In this document: positions 1 to 9,113 of the stretch, piece by piece
Layout of the letters: the number at the start of each line of letters is the position of its first letter
Numbering within the stretch: position 1 is the stretch's first letter
NCBI GenBank assembly: GCA_031363565.1
Contig: JANLUQ010000365.1
Location: 1-46,865, forward strand
Length of the DNA: 46,865 nucleotides
Direction: 5' to 3'
DNA from: Armatimonadota bacterium
GTDB taxonomy: Bacteria > Armatimonadota > Armatimonadia > Armatimonadales > Capsulimonadaceae
Notes under the pieces: generated by a model
What the model saw: only the letters and a program-made list of their open reading frames with translations
Told to the model about the DNA's origin: nothing
Database searches by the model: none
Translations under genes and position numbers: made by a program

Positions 1-636
1 AACCAGGGCGTCCGCGTCTCCCACCCGCAGCCCAACCTGCGCGGACGCATAGACGCGGGCATAGTCGGAAGGACCGCCGTTGAAGAACACTTTCCCGCCG
101 TCGCCCGGCAGGTCCGGCTCGTTCCAGACTTCATAGGACGACCCCCGCAGGCCGAGTGCGGCCCGGTAGTGGGCGGCATAGCTGCCGTTGATGCGCCCCC
201 AGGCGTCCAGATCGCTCGGCACGTCCTTCCAGCGCTGCCACTCCGCGCCGGTCTTGAGCGGCAGCGGGTTATAGGTCATGGCAAAGAGCGGGTGGATGCC
301 CAGTGCCTTCAAGCCATTCGCCAGGGAGTCCAGGGGCGCAAAGTCAATAACCGGGTTGGCCGCTGTGCCCGTGATCTGGTCGAAGGCCTGCGCGTCGGGC
401 TTGCCCCAGGCCATTTCGTAGCGGAAGTCCTGAACGCCCGCTTCCTGAAGCAGCGGCATCATCTTTTTCCAGGTTGAGGGCGGCAGGAATGGCGTCTGGT
501 AGACGCCGAATTTGGTCTTGACGAGCGGCGGCCCGCTCCACCGCCCGAAGTCCACCGTGAAGGTTTGGGCGGAAGTCGGGGGGCTGAGAAGCAGAAGGCA
601 CACCAGGGCAGATAGGTTCCAGAGAGCGCCTTTCAT
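1..636 (-). CDS. secreted clan GH-A-like glycoside hydrolase, N-terminal 212 codons; the gene runs off the left edge
   Basis: Absent from the ORF track because it has no stop in the window. Reverse translation from ATG 636..634 gives the signal peptide MKGALWNLSALVCLLLLSPPTSAQ, then FRYEMAWGKPD and SSYEVWNEPDL (NEP acid/base motif of TIM-barrel hydrolases). Its start overlaps the pepF stop as ATGA. Confidence 0.6.
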   Translation of the reverse strand, partial: MKGALWNLSALVCLLLLSPPTSAQTFTVDFGRWSGPPLVKTKFGVYQTPFLPPSTWKKMMPLLQEAGVQDFRYEMAWGKPDAQAFDQITGTAANPVIDFAPLDSLANGLKALGIHPLFAMTYNPLPLKTGAEWQRWKDVPSDLDAWGRINGSYAAHYRAALGLRGSSYEVWNEPDLPGDGGKVFFNGGPSDYARVYASAQVGLRVGDADALV

Positions 637-2441
637 AGGCTCTGCCGGTATTCGGCCCACAGCGCCTCGAACTCGCCCACCATCTCTGCCAGCACGTCGA
701 AGCCACCCTGCCAGAAGGCGGGGTTATCCAGCGTCACGCCCACCTTGTCCATGAGTTCCTGCGGAGTCAGGCTGCCGCCCGCTCCCAGCATGTGCAGGTA
801 CTTGTCGGCGAAGGCCGGACCCTCTTTCTTGGCCTGCTGGTACAGGGACAGCACCAAAAGCTCGCCGAACGAATAGGCGTAGACGTAGAACGGCGAGCTG
901 ATGAAGTGGCCGATGTAGGACCACCACAGACGGTGCTCGTCGCCAAGCTCGACCGAGTCGCCGAACATGAGCTGCACTTCGCGCTGCCAGTGCTCGCCGA
1001 ACTCCTCGGTCGTCAGCTCGCCCTTCGTCTGCCGGTGCTCGTGGATCGCCCGCTCGAAACGGTACATGGCCGTCTGGCGCGGGATCGTCGCGAACGCACC
1101 CTCGATCTTCTCGGCGTAGAGGGCCAGCTTGTCCTTGGGGGACGCCGACCTGGTGACACGCTCGAAGACCAGCATCTCGCCGAACGTGGACGCCAGCTCG
1201 GCCAGCGGCAGGGTGCCGTGGAAATTCAGCAGTGACTGCGAACGCGAGAGCGAGGCGTGGACGCCGTGCCCCAGCTCGTGGGCCAGCGTCATCACGTCCT
1301 TCATCCGGCCCAAGTAGTTCATCAGGACATAGGGGTGCAGGTCGGGCGTCACATAGGAGCAGAACGCGCCGCCCTCCTTGCCTTTCGCGGCGGGCGCATC
1401 AATCCAGTTCTTGTCGAAGAACTCCGAGGCCCGGCGGCGCATCTCGGGTGAGAAATCGCCGAAGGCGTCCAGAACGATTCCCTGCGCTTCGGGGTAGGTG
1501 ATGGTGGCCTCGGCCTCGAAGAGCGGCGCGTAGCGATCATAGTGCGTGAGCGTGTCCAAGCCTAGAATCTCTCGCTTGACCGCGTAGTAGCGGGCGACGA
1601 GTGGGTAGTTACGGACGACAGTGTCCACGACGAGGCTGACTGTCTCTTCGGCCAGCTCATTGTCCAGGTGCCGAGAGGCTTGCGGGGTCGCGAACCCGCG
1701 CAGGCGATCCTTGACGCTCTTGTCCTGCATCAGCGTATTGAAGATGAATGTCAGCGTCTTGCTGCTCTTTTGAAGGCCCTCAGTGAATGCCGCCGCCGCT
1801 TGCCGGCGCGTCTCGCGGTCCGGGTCCATGATCTTCGCGATGACCTCCGCCTGGCTCAGTTCCTCACCGCCCACCACAAATGTCGTTCCCGCCGTGGTCT
1901 CGTCGAACAAGCGGTCGAAGGCACGGCCACCGGTGTTCGCCAGCTCCTCCATCAGCCGCTCCTCGGTCTCGGACAGCATGTGCTCCCGAGCCGCCCGGAC
2001 CGTGCCGATGTAGTGATTATAGGGCGCGACCTGGGGCGCGTTTAGCAGCGGCCCGAGGACATCATCCGGCGCGGCAGCCAGTTCCAGGTCGAAGAACAGC
2101 AGCGGCAGGGCCAGTTTCGTCCCCTGTTCGCGCATCTTTTGCAGGAACGCCCCGCGCGCCGGGTCCCCCATGTCGGTCGTGAACAATAGCGAGGCGAAGT
2201 AAGCCGGCTTGGACGCCTCCTGCTGGATGCTCTCATACTCGCGCAGGGCCGCACCCAGCGTGTCGGCTGTCAGGTCAGACGCATTGATCTTACCTTTATA
2301 ATCGCGCTCAAACTGGTCGGCGCGCTCCTGCGAGGCATTCAGCACCTCATCAATGCGTGGGTCGGTAACGCCGTCGTAGAGATCGGCGAGGTTCCAGTGT
2401 ACGTCGGCGCCCAGGTCAGGCTGAATGGCTTCAGTAGTCAA
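633..2441 (-). CDS. pepF: oligoendopeptidase F family (M3B) metallopeptidase
   Basis: 602-aa ORF with the HEXXH zinc motif HELGHGVH and PepF-like length and layout. TTG start. Confidence 0.9.
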   Translation of the reverse strand: MTTEAIQPDLGADVHWNLADLYDGVTDPRIDEVLNASQERADQFERDYKGKINASDLTADTLGAALREYESIQQEASKPAYFASLLFTTDMGDPARGAFLQKMREQGTKLALPLLFFDLELAAAPDDVLGPLLNAPQVAPYNHYIGTVRAAREHMLSETEERLMEELANTGGRAFDRLFDETTAGTTFVVGGEELSQAEVIAKIMDPDRETRRQAAAAFTEGLQKSSKTLTFIFNTLMQDKSVKDRLRGFATPQASRHLDNELAEETVSLVVDTVVRNYPLVARYYAVKREILGLDTLTHYDRYAPLFEAEATITYPEAQGIVLDAFGDFSPEMRRRASEFFDKNWIDAPAAKGKEGGAFCSYVTPDLHPYVLMNYLGRMKDVMTLAHELGHGVHASLSRSQSLLNFHGTLPLAELASTFGEMLVFERVTRSASPKDKLALYAEKIEGAFATIPRQTAMYRFERAIHEHRQTKGELTTEEFGEHWQREVQLMFGDSVELGDEHRLWWSYIGHFISSPFYVYAYSFGELLVLSLYQQAKKEGPAFADKYLHMLGAGGSLTPQELMDKVGVTLDNPAFWQGGFDVLAEMVGEFEALWAEYRQSL

Positions 2442-2470
2442 GAGGGTCTCTTTTCTTGTTCAGGTGACTT

Positions 2471-2498
2471 ATTATACCCATGTGCTCAACATTGTGAA
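2471..2498 (-). promoter_or_regulatory. sigma-70-like promoter for pepF
   Basis: On the minus strand: TTCACA, 16 nt, then TATAAT within GGGTATAAT, about 30 nt upstream of the pepF TTG start. Confidence 0.4.
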
Positions 2499-2503
2499 AA
2501 AAG

Positions 2504-2532
2504 TTGCAATGTCGGGCTTGGCTGGGTACAAT
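2504..2532 (+). promoter_or_regulatory. sigma-70-like promoter for the prenyltransferase gene
   Basis: TTGCAA (2504-2509), 17 nt, TACAAT (2527-2532). The TTG the ORF track uses as a start is the -35 box. Confidence 0.5.
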
Positions 2533-2554
2533 ATCGGCAGGAAAGAGGCCATTC

Positions 2555-3460
2555 ATGTCAGCAGCTGAGACGAGGCCGCGCCATCCGGTGGCGCACGGGA
2601 TGCATCAGACGAAGGTCATTCTGGAGATGATCAAGTTCGAGCACACGGTCTTCATGCTGCCGTTTGCGCTGATGGCGGCAATCGTCGCCTCGCGCCACGA
2701 CTGGCTGATGTTCGCACACAAGGTCCCCTGGATACTGCTGGCAATGGTCGGCGCGCGCTCCGCCGCCATGGCCTTCAACCGCATCGTGGACCGGCAGTAT
2801 GATGCGCTCAACCCTCGTACGGCCAAGCGCGCCCTGCCCGCCGGGCTGCTGACCGTCCCGCAGGTCGTCGCCTTCACAGTCGTCGCGGCGGCCCTGCTTG
2901 TCTTCGCGTCTTATATGCTGAACCCGCTTGCCTTCGCGCTCTCCCCTATTGCCCTACTGCTGGCCCTTGGGTATTCCTTCACCAAGCGCTTTACGTCCTT
3001 TTCCCACTTCTTTTTGGGCCTTGCCCTTGCTGTCGCCCCGGTCGGCGCGTGGATAGCCGTCACTGGCCGGATCGAGCCGCCCGCGCTCTGGCTGGGCGGG
3101 GCTGTGGTCTGCTGGCTCTTCGGCTTCGACATCCTGTACGCCTTGCAGGACACCGAGTTCGATCGGGCGAACGGTTTGCACTCCATACCCGCGCAGATCG
3201 GCAATGTTCGCGCCCTCCTTGCCTCGCGGCTATCCCATCTCCTGATGATCGGTTTGCTGGTGATGACCGGCGTATCGGCGGGGCTTGGCGTGATCTATTT
3301 CGTTGCCGTTGCCCTGGTCGCCGGACTGATCGCCTGGGAGCAGTCGCTGGTCAAACACGACGACCTTTCGCGGCTGGATATGGCCTTCTTCACGCTCAAC
3401 GGCTACATCAGCGCCGGCCTGTTCCTGCTGACGCTGCTGGATGTCTTGACTAGGGGGTAG
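2555..3460 (+). CDS. UbiA-family aromatic prenyltransferase (4-hydroxybenzoate polyprenyltransferase-like; possibly the menaquinone/futalosine prenylation step)
   Basis: Asp-rich motifs NRIVDRQYD and QDTEFD in a multi-TM protein. ATG 2555 is preceded by GGAAAGAGG. mqnA lies nearby. Confidence 0.85.
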   Translation: MSAAETRPRHPVAHGMHQTKVILEMIKFEHTVFMLPFALMAAIVASRHDWLMFAHKVPWILLAMVGARSAAMAFNRIVDRQYDALNPRTAKRALPAGLLTVPQVVAFTVVAAALLVFASYMLNPLAFALSPIALLLALGYSFTKRFTSFSHFFLGLALAVAPVGAWIAVTGRIEPPALWLGGAVVCWLFGFDILYALQDTEFDRANGLHSIPAQIGNVRALLASRLSHLLMIGLLVMTGVSAGLGVIYFVAVALVAGLIAWEQSLVKHDDLSRLDMAFFTLNGYISAGLFLLTLLDVLTRG

Positions 3461-3463
3461 ACG

Positions 3464-4414
3464 ATGGCATTACATGAGATCGTTCCGGAACGGCGCACAC
3501 TCCACGGGCACTTTTCGCGTGATATGGCCCCATGCCTGACCATCGCCCCAGGAGATACGGTGCGCTTTCGGACGCTGGAGGCTGCGTGGAGCGTAGCACC
3601 GCGCCGGACGGGCGACCGGATCGAGGCGGTCGCGTCTTTTGAACCGCGTGATGAGGTCATGGACAGCGGCCACGCGCTCTGCGGCCCCGTCTTCGTCGAG
3701 GGTGCAGAGCCGGGCATGACCCTGGAAGTCCAGGTCAGCGAGGTCCGCCCGGCGTCTTGGGGATACACTTACGCGGGCGGGTGGTCCACACCGCTCAATG
3801 ACAGGATGGGCGTCTCCGAGGATGCTGGAGTCATCCACCTCTGGACTCTGGACGCAGACACGATGACGGGGCGCAACCAGCACGGGCACGAAGTCGCGCT
3901 GCGGCCGTTCATGGGCGTTATGGGGATGCCCGCAGACGTTCCAGGGCGGCAATCCACGACGCCGCCGCGTATCACGGGCGGCAATCTGGACTGCAAGGAG
4001 CTGGTCTCGGGTAGCTCGCTGTTCCTGCCGGTCGCCGTTCCCGGCGGCCTGTTCTCGGTCGGTGACGGTCATGCGACCCAAGCAGACGGCGAGGTATCGG
4101 GGCTGGCGATCGAGTGCCCAATGGACAATGTACAACTGACGTTTCATCTGCACCCACAGAAGACCCTGACGACGCCGCGCGCGGACACGCCCGCCGGGTG
4201 GATCACATTAGGCCTCAGTGAAGACCTGAACGAAGCGATGCAGATCGCCCTGGACGTCATGCTGGACTTAATGGGCGAGATGCACGGCCTGGAGAGGCAA
4301 GACGCGCTGGCACTGGCAAGTCTCGTCGTGGATCTCCGCATTACGCAAGTGGTCAACGGCGTCCAGGGCGTCCATGCGCTGCTGCCGCACGGGGCGCTGA
4401 AGAAGGCAGTCTAG
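3464..4414 (+). CDS. acetamidase/formamidase family protein
   Basis: 316-aa ORF with a GGNLDCKEL-type motif and FmdA/AmdA-like overall pattern. Confidence 0.75.
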   Translation: MALHEIVPERRTLHGHFSRDMAPCLTIAPGDTVRFRTLEAAWSVAPRRTGDRIEAVASFEPRDEVMDSGHALCGPVFVEGAEPGMTLEVQVSEVRPASWGYTYAGGWSTPLNDRMGVSEDAGVIHLWTLDADTMTGRNQHGHEVALRPFMGVMGMPADVPGRQSTTPPRITGGNLDCKELVSGSSLFLPVAVPGGLFSVGDGHATQADGEVSGLAIECPMDNVQLTFHLHPQKTLTTPRADTPAGWITLGLSEDLNEAMQIALDVMLDLMGEMHGLERQDALALASLVVDLRITQVVNGVQGVHALLPHGALKKAV

Positions 4415-4465
4415 TTCGCGGGGGCAGCCGCCTGGCCTTTGGGAGACCCGGATGTCATCTATACT

Positions 4466-4819
4466 TCACCGCCGACGGCTTCGTCCAGATTTTCGGCGTC
4501 GCTGGCATCCGCGCGCGTTTTGTGGTGCGGGGCCTTTTCGGCGGACACCTTGGTCCCGTGCGGAGAAGCCCTTACCTCGGTTCTCGACGATAATCGCTGC
4601 GTGGTCGGCGTGGTACTCTTGGGTGAGCAAGACCCAGCTCTCGCCCGTCATCTGGGCATGGCGCACGACATTCGTGCGAAGCTCGCCCACGATGAACTCG
4701 ATGTCGTAAATATCGCGGCCTATGCCGCCGAGGTCTTCCAGCAAGATATGCCCGATGCGCCGGGCGATTCGCAAACAGATCCCGTCGCCGGGCAGGTCCA
4801 GCGACACTATGAGTATCAT
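4466..4819 (-). CDS. anti-sigma regulatory factor-like Ser/Thr kinase (HATPase fold, RsbW/SpoIIAB-like)
   Basis: GELRTNVVRHA (N-box-like) and VENRGKGF (G1-like). The arginine-rich C-terminal tail looks unnatural, so the 3' end may be frame-disturbed. Confidence 0.5.
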   Translation of the reverse strand: MILIVSLDLPGDGICLRIARRIGHILLEDLGGIGRDIYDIEFIVGELRTNVVRHAQMTGESWVLLTQEYHADHAAIIVENRGKGFSARDQGVRRKGPAPQNARGCQRRRKSGRSRRR

Positions 4820-4881
4820 CTTGCCCACTTTCTAGCCGGCGGCTGGTCCCGCGCTATACGCTGAGGTACGCCCGAAACGGA

Positions 4882-5703
4882 TTGGAACAAACCATGACTA
4901 CGAGGATCGGCAGTGTGCCGTACCTGAACGAGAAGCCGCTGACGCGGTGGTTTTCGCACACTGAGGAGGGACGCGCCTCGGGCGTGGAGGTCATCTACGC
5001 CGTCCCGTCTGCTCTGGCGCAGATGCTTCAGGCGGGCGAGATCGCCGCCGCCCTTGTTTCGTCGTTTGAGTACTTCCGAACGCCCGGCTACGCCATCGTC
5101 CCCGGCATCTCCATCTCCGGGCAGGACAAGATCGAGTCGGTTCGGGCCTTCGCCCGCACCTCCTGGCGCAAGATCGAATCGCTGGCCCTGGACACGTCCT
5201 CGCTGACATCCGCCGCACTGCTGAAGATCCTGCTGGCCGAGCAGCTCGACGCGCATCCTGCCTTCCTGCACGCCGCGCCCGATCTCGACTCGATGCTGAG
5301 GCAGGCGGACGCCTGCCTGCTGATCGGGGACGCGGGGATGCTGGCGGATGGCAACGGCCTGAACGTCCTCGACCTGGGCCACGCCTGGCGTCGGTTGACG
5401 GGCCTGCCGTTCGTCTATGCCGTCTGGCTGGGTCAAGCGGAGAACCTCACCCCACACCTCATCCAGTCACTTACGGCGGCCAAGGCCTGGGGAGTGACGC
5501 AGACCGAGTTCATCGCCGAGGAGGAGTCGCAGCGCATCGGTGCCTCGGTCCGCCAGTGTCGGCACTATCTCACGGAAGTCATGGATTACGATCTGGGCGA
5601 GGAGCACCTGCGAGCTTTAGCAACGTTCGGGGCAAAGGCCTGGGGGCAGAAGCTGCTTCCCGCCCAGCCTGCCCCGGTCCATGTCGTGAGCGCAGCAGGT
5701 TAG
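4882..5703 (+). CDS. mqnA: menaquinone biosynthesis protein of the MqnA/MqnD family, probably chorismate dehydratase MqnA
   Basis: IGSVPYLNEKPL N-terminus and periplasmic-binding-protein-like fold pattern typical of futalosine-pathway MqnA. The start could be ATG 4894. Confidence 0.75.
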   Translation: MEQTMTTRIGSVPYLNEKPLTRWFSHTEEGRASGVEVIYAVPSALAQMLQAGEIAAALVSSFEYFRTPGYAIVPGISISGQDKIESVRAFARTSWRKIESLALDTSSLTSAALLKILLAEQLDAHPAFLHAAPDLDSMLRQADACLLIGDAGMLADGNGLNVLDLGHAWRRLTGLPFVYAVWLGQAENLTPHLIQSLTAAKAWGVTQTEFIAEEESQRIGASVRQCRHYLTEVMDYDLGEEHLRALATFGAKAWGQKLLPAQPAPVHVVSAAG

Positions 5704-5743
5704 GCACAAGGGCCACGGGTCCTGCTGATCAAGCCATGTCACA

Positions 5744-6342
5744 TTGAAGCCATGCCACGTTGAAGTGGTAATGAATGCCGCCATCATAGGTAAGCGTGGG
5801 GTCATAGTTGTGCTTGGAAAACAACGGGCGGTTCGCGCCGGAGGGCACATTGACATAGGCAACCGGCTCGGCGAAATAGGGCCGGGTCATATCCACGGGT
5901 GGTGTCCAGACCGCTCTCGTTTGGGCGACGGCCTGCGCCCAGCCAGGTCAGGAGGGCAGGCCCATCCGCCGGTGCGTGCCAGGAGCCGCCACGCACGACG
6001 CGCGCTTCACCATGAGCATAGCTGATGGGATAAGTCTGAGGATGCGCCGAGTAGTGACTATACCAGTCCAGGCACCAGTTTTCTACGTCACGCCCCCCTT
6101 CAAGCGGCCTCGATAGGCAGCCGGTAGTGCCAACCTTCCCGCCGACCGAGCCAGCGGCAGTAGGCATTTGCCTCATCCCAGGAAACGAAGCGGACTGGGT
6201 CGTCATCGCCACCCGCCGCATCGCCGTCCGCCGCCTGGGCATTGAGAAGTGGGGCAATGGTCAAGCCCGCCCCGGCCTGCACAGCGCGGCGCCGGAAGAG
6301 GCGTCGCGATGGATCGCTTCGTGCCTGGTCCTGCGCGGACAT
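5744..6342 (-). pseudogene. decayed FGE-sulfatase (SUMF1-like) domain gene with a Tat-type signal
   Basis: Frame A: SRRLFRRRAVQAGAG (twin-arginine) then VSWDEANAYCRWLG..YRLPIEAA followed by a stop. Frame B continues EGGRDVENWCLDWY...RVVRGGSW. A third frame carries the tail. The A/B break is at a G/C homopolymer near 6092-6097. Confidence 0.5.
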
Positions 6343-6349
6343 TTGGCCG

Positions 6350-8509
6350 TCACCCCTCGCCGGTGATCTTCAGCACGTCTTCCCCATACTTTTCCAGCTT
6401 GCCGGGGCCGACGCCGCTGACTTCGAGCAAGTCACCTGATGTCTGAGGCCGGGCACGCGCGATCTCCATCAAGGTCTTGTCGCTGAAAACGCGGTAGGGC
6501 GGAAGAGACTCGCACGACGCCTGCGAGGTCCGCCAGAGTTTCAGGGTGGCGAGCACGTCGTCGCTTGCCCCGTCGTCACCACCGCCCACATCAGCGCTCC
6601 GCCACCGGCTGGGGTCGCGCGGGAGCGGGGCCGCGACCGGCAGGCGCTCCTGCCAGGTCGCCCGGCCCTTGGGCGTGACCGTGCAGACAAAATAGGCGTC
6701 CTCGTCGCCCTGGTGCATCAGGCCCTCGGCGAACAATGCCTCCAAAAACTTGTCCACGGCGGCGACGGCACTGCCCCGGAACAAACCGCCGAGCGGCTGG
6801 CGCGGCGTCCCAGCATCCTTATCCCCCATCGTCCCTGCCCCACGCAGCATCTTGTTCAGGCGGGCCTTGCCAATGGCGGGCCGCAGCGCGTCCAAGGCGT
6901 TCAAAACGGAGTGGATATCAGACGGGTCTATCTGGACCGGCATCGGGATCTGCGGCAGGCGCACGGATGTGGCGGCATGCCCCTCCGGCTTGGGCGCATC
7001 GCAGTTGTCGCAGCAGAAGGGGGTTGACGGCGGCTCCTGCCGGTCTCCGAAGTAGTCCAGGATGGTCCGGCGGCGGCAGGCGGTAGTCTTGCAGTAGTCC
7101 ACGATCTCATCCAGGCGGCGCAAGCGCTCCGCCCGCTGCTTCGCCAGCCCCGCCGCGATGGAGCGGCGGGCGTCTAGCGGGAAGTCGCGCCGGGCTAGGG
7201 TCAGGGTCACGCCGTCCCCGGTCTGCGCGACGCGCTTGACGAGATCTGCCCTTTCCAGCTCGCCCAGTGCCAAACGGCCCTTGATATCGCTCCAGTCCAG
7301 GGCCATGCCCCAAGTCTTGGGCAGGCGGGCGACGTTCTCTTTGTCGGCATGGCCACGCACTTGGCCGAAAGCCTGCTCGACCGCCCCGACGGTCAGAGCC
7401 TCGTTGTCAATGAACCACTCGCGCGTGCGTCGGTCGGCGAAGTGGTACAGGATGACGCACCGGCTGCGGCGGCCATCCCGCCCGGCACGCCCCGCCTCTT
7501 GGTAGTAGCTTTCGAGGCTGTCCGGGCAGGCGCAGTGAACGACAAACCGCACATCCGGCTTGTCAATGCCCATGCCGAAGGCGTTGGTGGCGACCAGTAC
7601 CTGCCGCTCCCCCTCCAGCCACTCGCGCTGCATCTGGTTCCGCAGGTCGGCGTCCAGGCCCGCATGGTACATCCCCGCCCGCTGCCCTAGGGGCGCCAGA
7701 GCGGCATCGGCGGCCTCGAACACTTGCTCGCACTGCTTGCGTGTGGCGCAGTAGATCAGCCCGCTGCCGCCCAATGCTGACAGCTTGGGCAGGGCGCGGG
7801 TCAGCTTGTCCTCGCGTTCGTTTTCGCTTTTACAGCGATGCACGGAGAAGTGGAGGTTGGGCCGGTTGAAACCGCCGACCAGGATGAGGGGGTCATGCAT
7901 CCCGAGGTTCGTGACGATGGAGGTTTGGACGCGCGTGGTCGCCGTCGCCGTGGCGGCCAGCAGGGGCTGGTTGCCCAGCGTCTCGACCACTTCGCGCAGG
8001 CTCAAATAGTCCGGCCGGAAATCGTGCCCCCACTCGCTGATACAATGCGCCTCATCCACGACGAACCGAGCGATCTTGACGCTCCGTAGTGCGTCCATGA
8101 ACGCCCCCGACCGAAACCGCTCGGGGGCGACATACACCAGCCGCAGACGCCCCGCGCGCATCGCGCGCAGCAGGTCGTTCTGCTCATCCAATGACTGCAG
8201 CGAGGTCAGGCAGCCGCAGCCGATGCGGGCGAACTCGGGCCGGCGGTTTAGGGCGTCCACCTGATCGCGCATCAGGGCAATGAGTGGGGAAACGACAAGC
8301 GTAACGCCTTCCGAAAGCGCGGCAGGAAGCTGGAAGCAGAGCGACTTACCCGCTCCCGTCGGCATGACGACTAGCACGTCGCGGCCTTCCAGGGCCGTCT
8401 GGACCGCTTCTTCCTGCTGCGGGCGGAACTCGCTGTAACCGAAGAAGGTCTGCAAGGATTGGGACAGGTCGGATTGGGGCAGGTCAGATGCGGCATCGGT
8501 GATGGTCAT
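6350..8509 (-). CDS. recQ: ATP-dependent DNA helicase RecQ
   Basis: Walker A TGAGKS, DEAH box VVDEAHCISEWGHDFRPDY, RecQ zinc-binding Cys cluster and a C-terminal HRDC-like region. ATG 8509 is preceded by GGAGAGG. Confidence 0.92.
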   Translation of the reverse strand: MTITDAASDLPQSDLSQSLQTFFGYSEFRPQQEEAVQTALEGRDVLVVMPTGAGKSLCFQLPAALSEGVTLVVSPLIALMRDQVDALNRRPEFARIGCGCLTSLQSLDEQNDLLRAMRAGRLRLVYVAPERFRSGAFMDALRSVKIARFVVDEAHCISEWGHDFRPDYLSLREVVETLGNQPLLAATATATTRVQTSIVTNLGMHDPLILVGGFNRPNLHFSVHRCKSENEREDKLTRALPKLSALGGSGLIYCATRKQCEQVFEAADAALAPLGQRAGMYHAGLDADLRNQMQREWLEGERQVLVATNAFGMGIDKPDVRFVVHCACPDSLESYYQEAGRAGRDGRRSRCVILYHFADRRTREWFIDNEALTVGAVEQAFGQVRGHADKENVARLPKTWGMALDWSDIKGRLALGELERADLVKRVAQTGDGVTLTLARRDFPLDARRSIAAGLAKQRAERLRRLDEIVDYCKTTACRRRTILDYFGDRQEPPSTPFCCDNCDAPKPEGHAATSVRLPQIPMPVQIDPSDIHSVLNALDALRPAIGKARLNKMLRGAGTMGDKDAGTPRQPLGGLFRGSAVAAVDKFLEALFAEGLMHQGDEDAYFVCTVTPKGRATWQERLPVAAPLPRDPSRWRSADVGGGDDGASDDVLATLKLWRTSQASCESLPPYRVFSDKTLMEIARARPQTSGDLLEVSGVGPGKLEKYGEDVLKITGEG

Positions 8510-8551
8510 GGATTCCTCTCCGCGGCGAAAGAGCACCGAACGGATGTGTCT

Positions 8552-8581
8552 ATTATACCCGGCCGACCCAGTACATCACAA
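8552..8581 (-). promoter_or_regulatory. sigma-70-like promoter for recQ
   Basis: Minus strand: TTGTGA, 18 nt, then TATAAT within GGGTATAAT. Confidence 0.45.
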
Positions 8582-8733
8582 TAAGCCCTGGCGCTGCCGG
8601 CGCACAGACGGAACGTGTTGGCTACTCGATGCCTTGCCACTCACGGAGAAGGTGACTCGCGTCGCGCGCCGCCGATAGTTTCCTGAGATTCATCGGGGCA
8701 TCAATCTCTTCCCAAAGATGCTGGCGCTGAGTT

Positions 8734-9087
8734 TCAAATTCCTGCATTTTGGCTCGCTTCTTGCCTTGGCGCAGATTTTGGTCCAACTGCGACTCGATGG
8801 GTCAGCATCAGTTTTGAGCCAGGAATGACCGGCTCCTCGCGTGTCTGGTACTCCCACTCCTGCTGGAACTTGCTTCGCATCTTCTGGTTCTCTAGCCAGG
8901 CATCATCTACCTCAGTGAACTCGTGGACCGGCGGTATCGAGTAGCGAATGATGCCCGCTTCCTGCAACCGGCCCTGCATGGCTGCACTGACGAACTTCCG
9001 CCACTGGACGAACTTTCTGGATGCTTCTTGGACTGTCCCTGCTTCAACCTGTATCTTGATGGCGACGGAGAAGGCAAACTTAGCCAT
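8734..9087 (-). CDS. hypothetical protein, AT-richer, possibly frame-disrupted at its 3' end
   Basis: 117-aa ORF. A second frame continues as IESQLDQNLRQGKKRAKMQEFETQRQHLWEEIDAPMNLRKLSAARDASHLLREWQGIE down to 8622. That reads as more protein-like than the annotated tail. Confidence 0.35.
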   Translation of the reverse strand: MAKFAFSVAIKIQVEAGTVQEASRKFVQWRKFVSAAMQGRLQEAGIIRYSIPPVHEFTEVDDAWLENQKMRSKFQQEWEYQTREEPVIPGSKLMLTHRVAVGPKSAPRQEASQNAGI

Positions 9088-9113
9088 GATGTTCCTTCCT
9101 GATGCTGATAAGT

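Noticed and set aside
2504-2554. TTG 2504 as the start of the prenyltransferase (and TTG 18342 for the acyltransferase)
   Set aside because: Both TTGs are the first bases of consensus -35 hexamers (TTGCAA, TTGACA) with properly spaced -10 boxes, so they are promoter elements rather than start codons.
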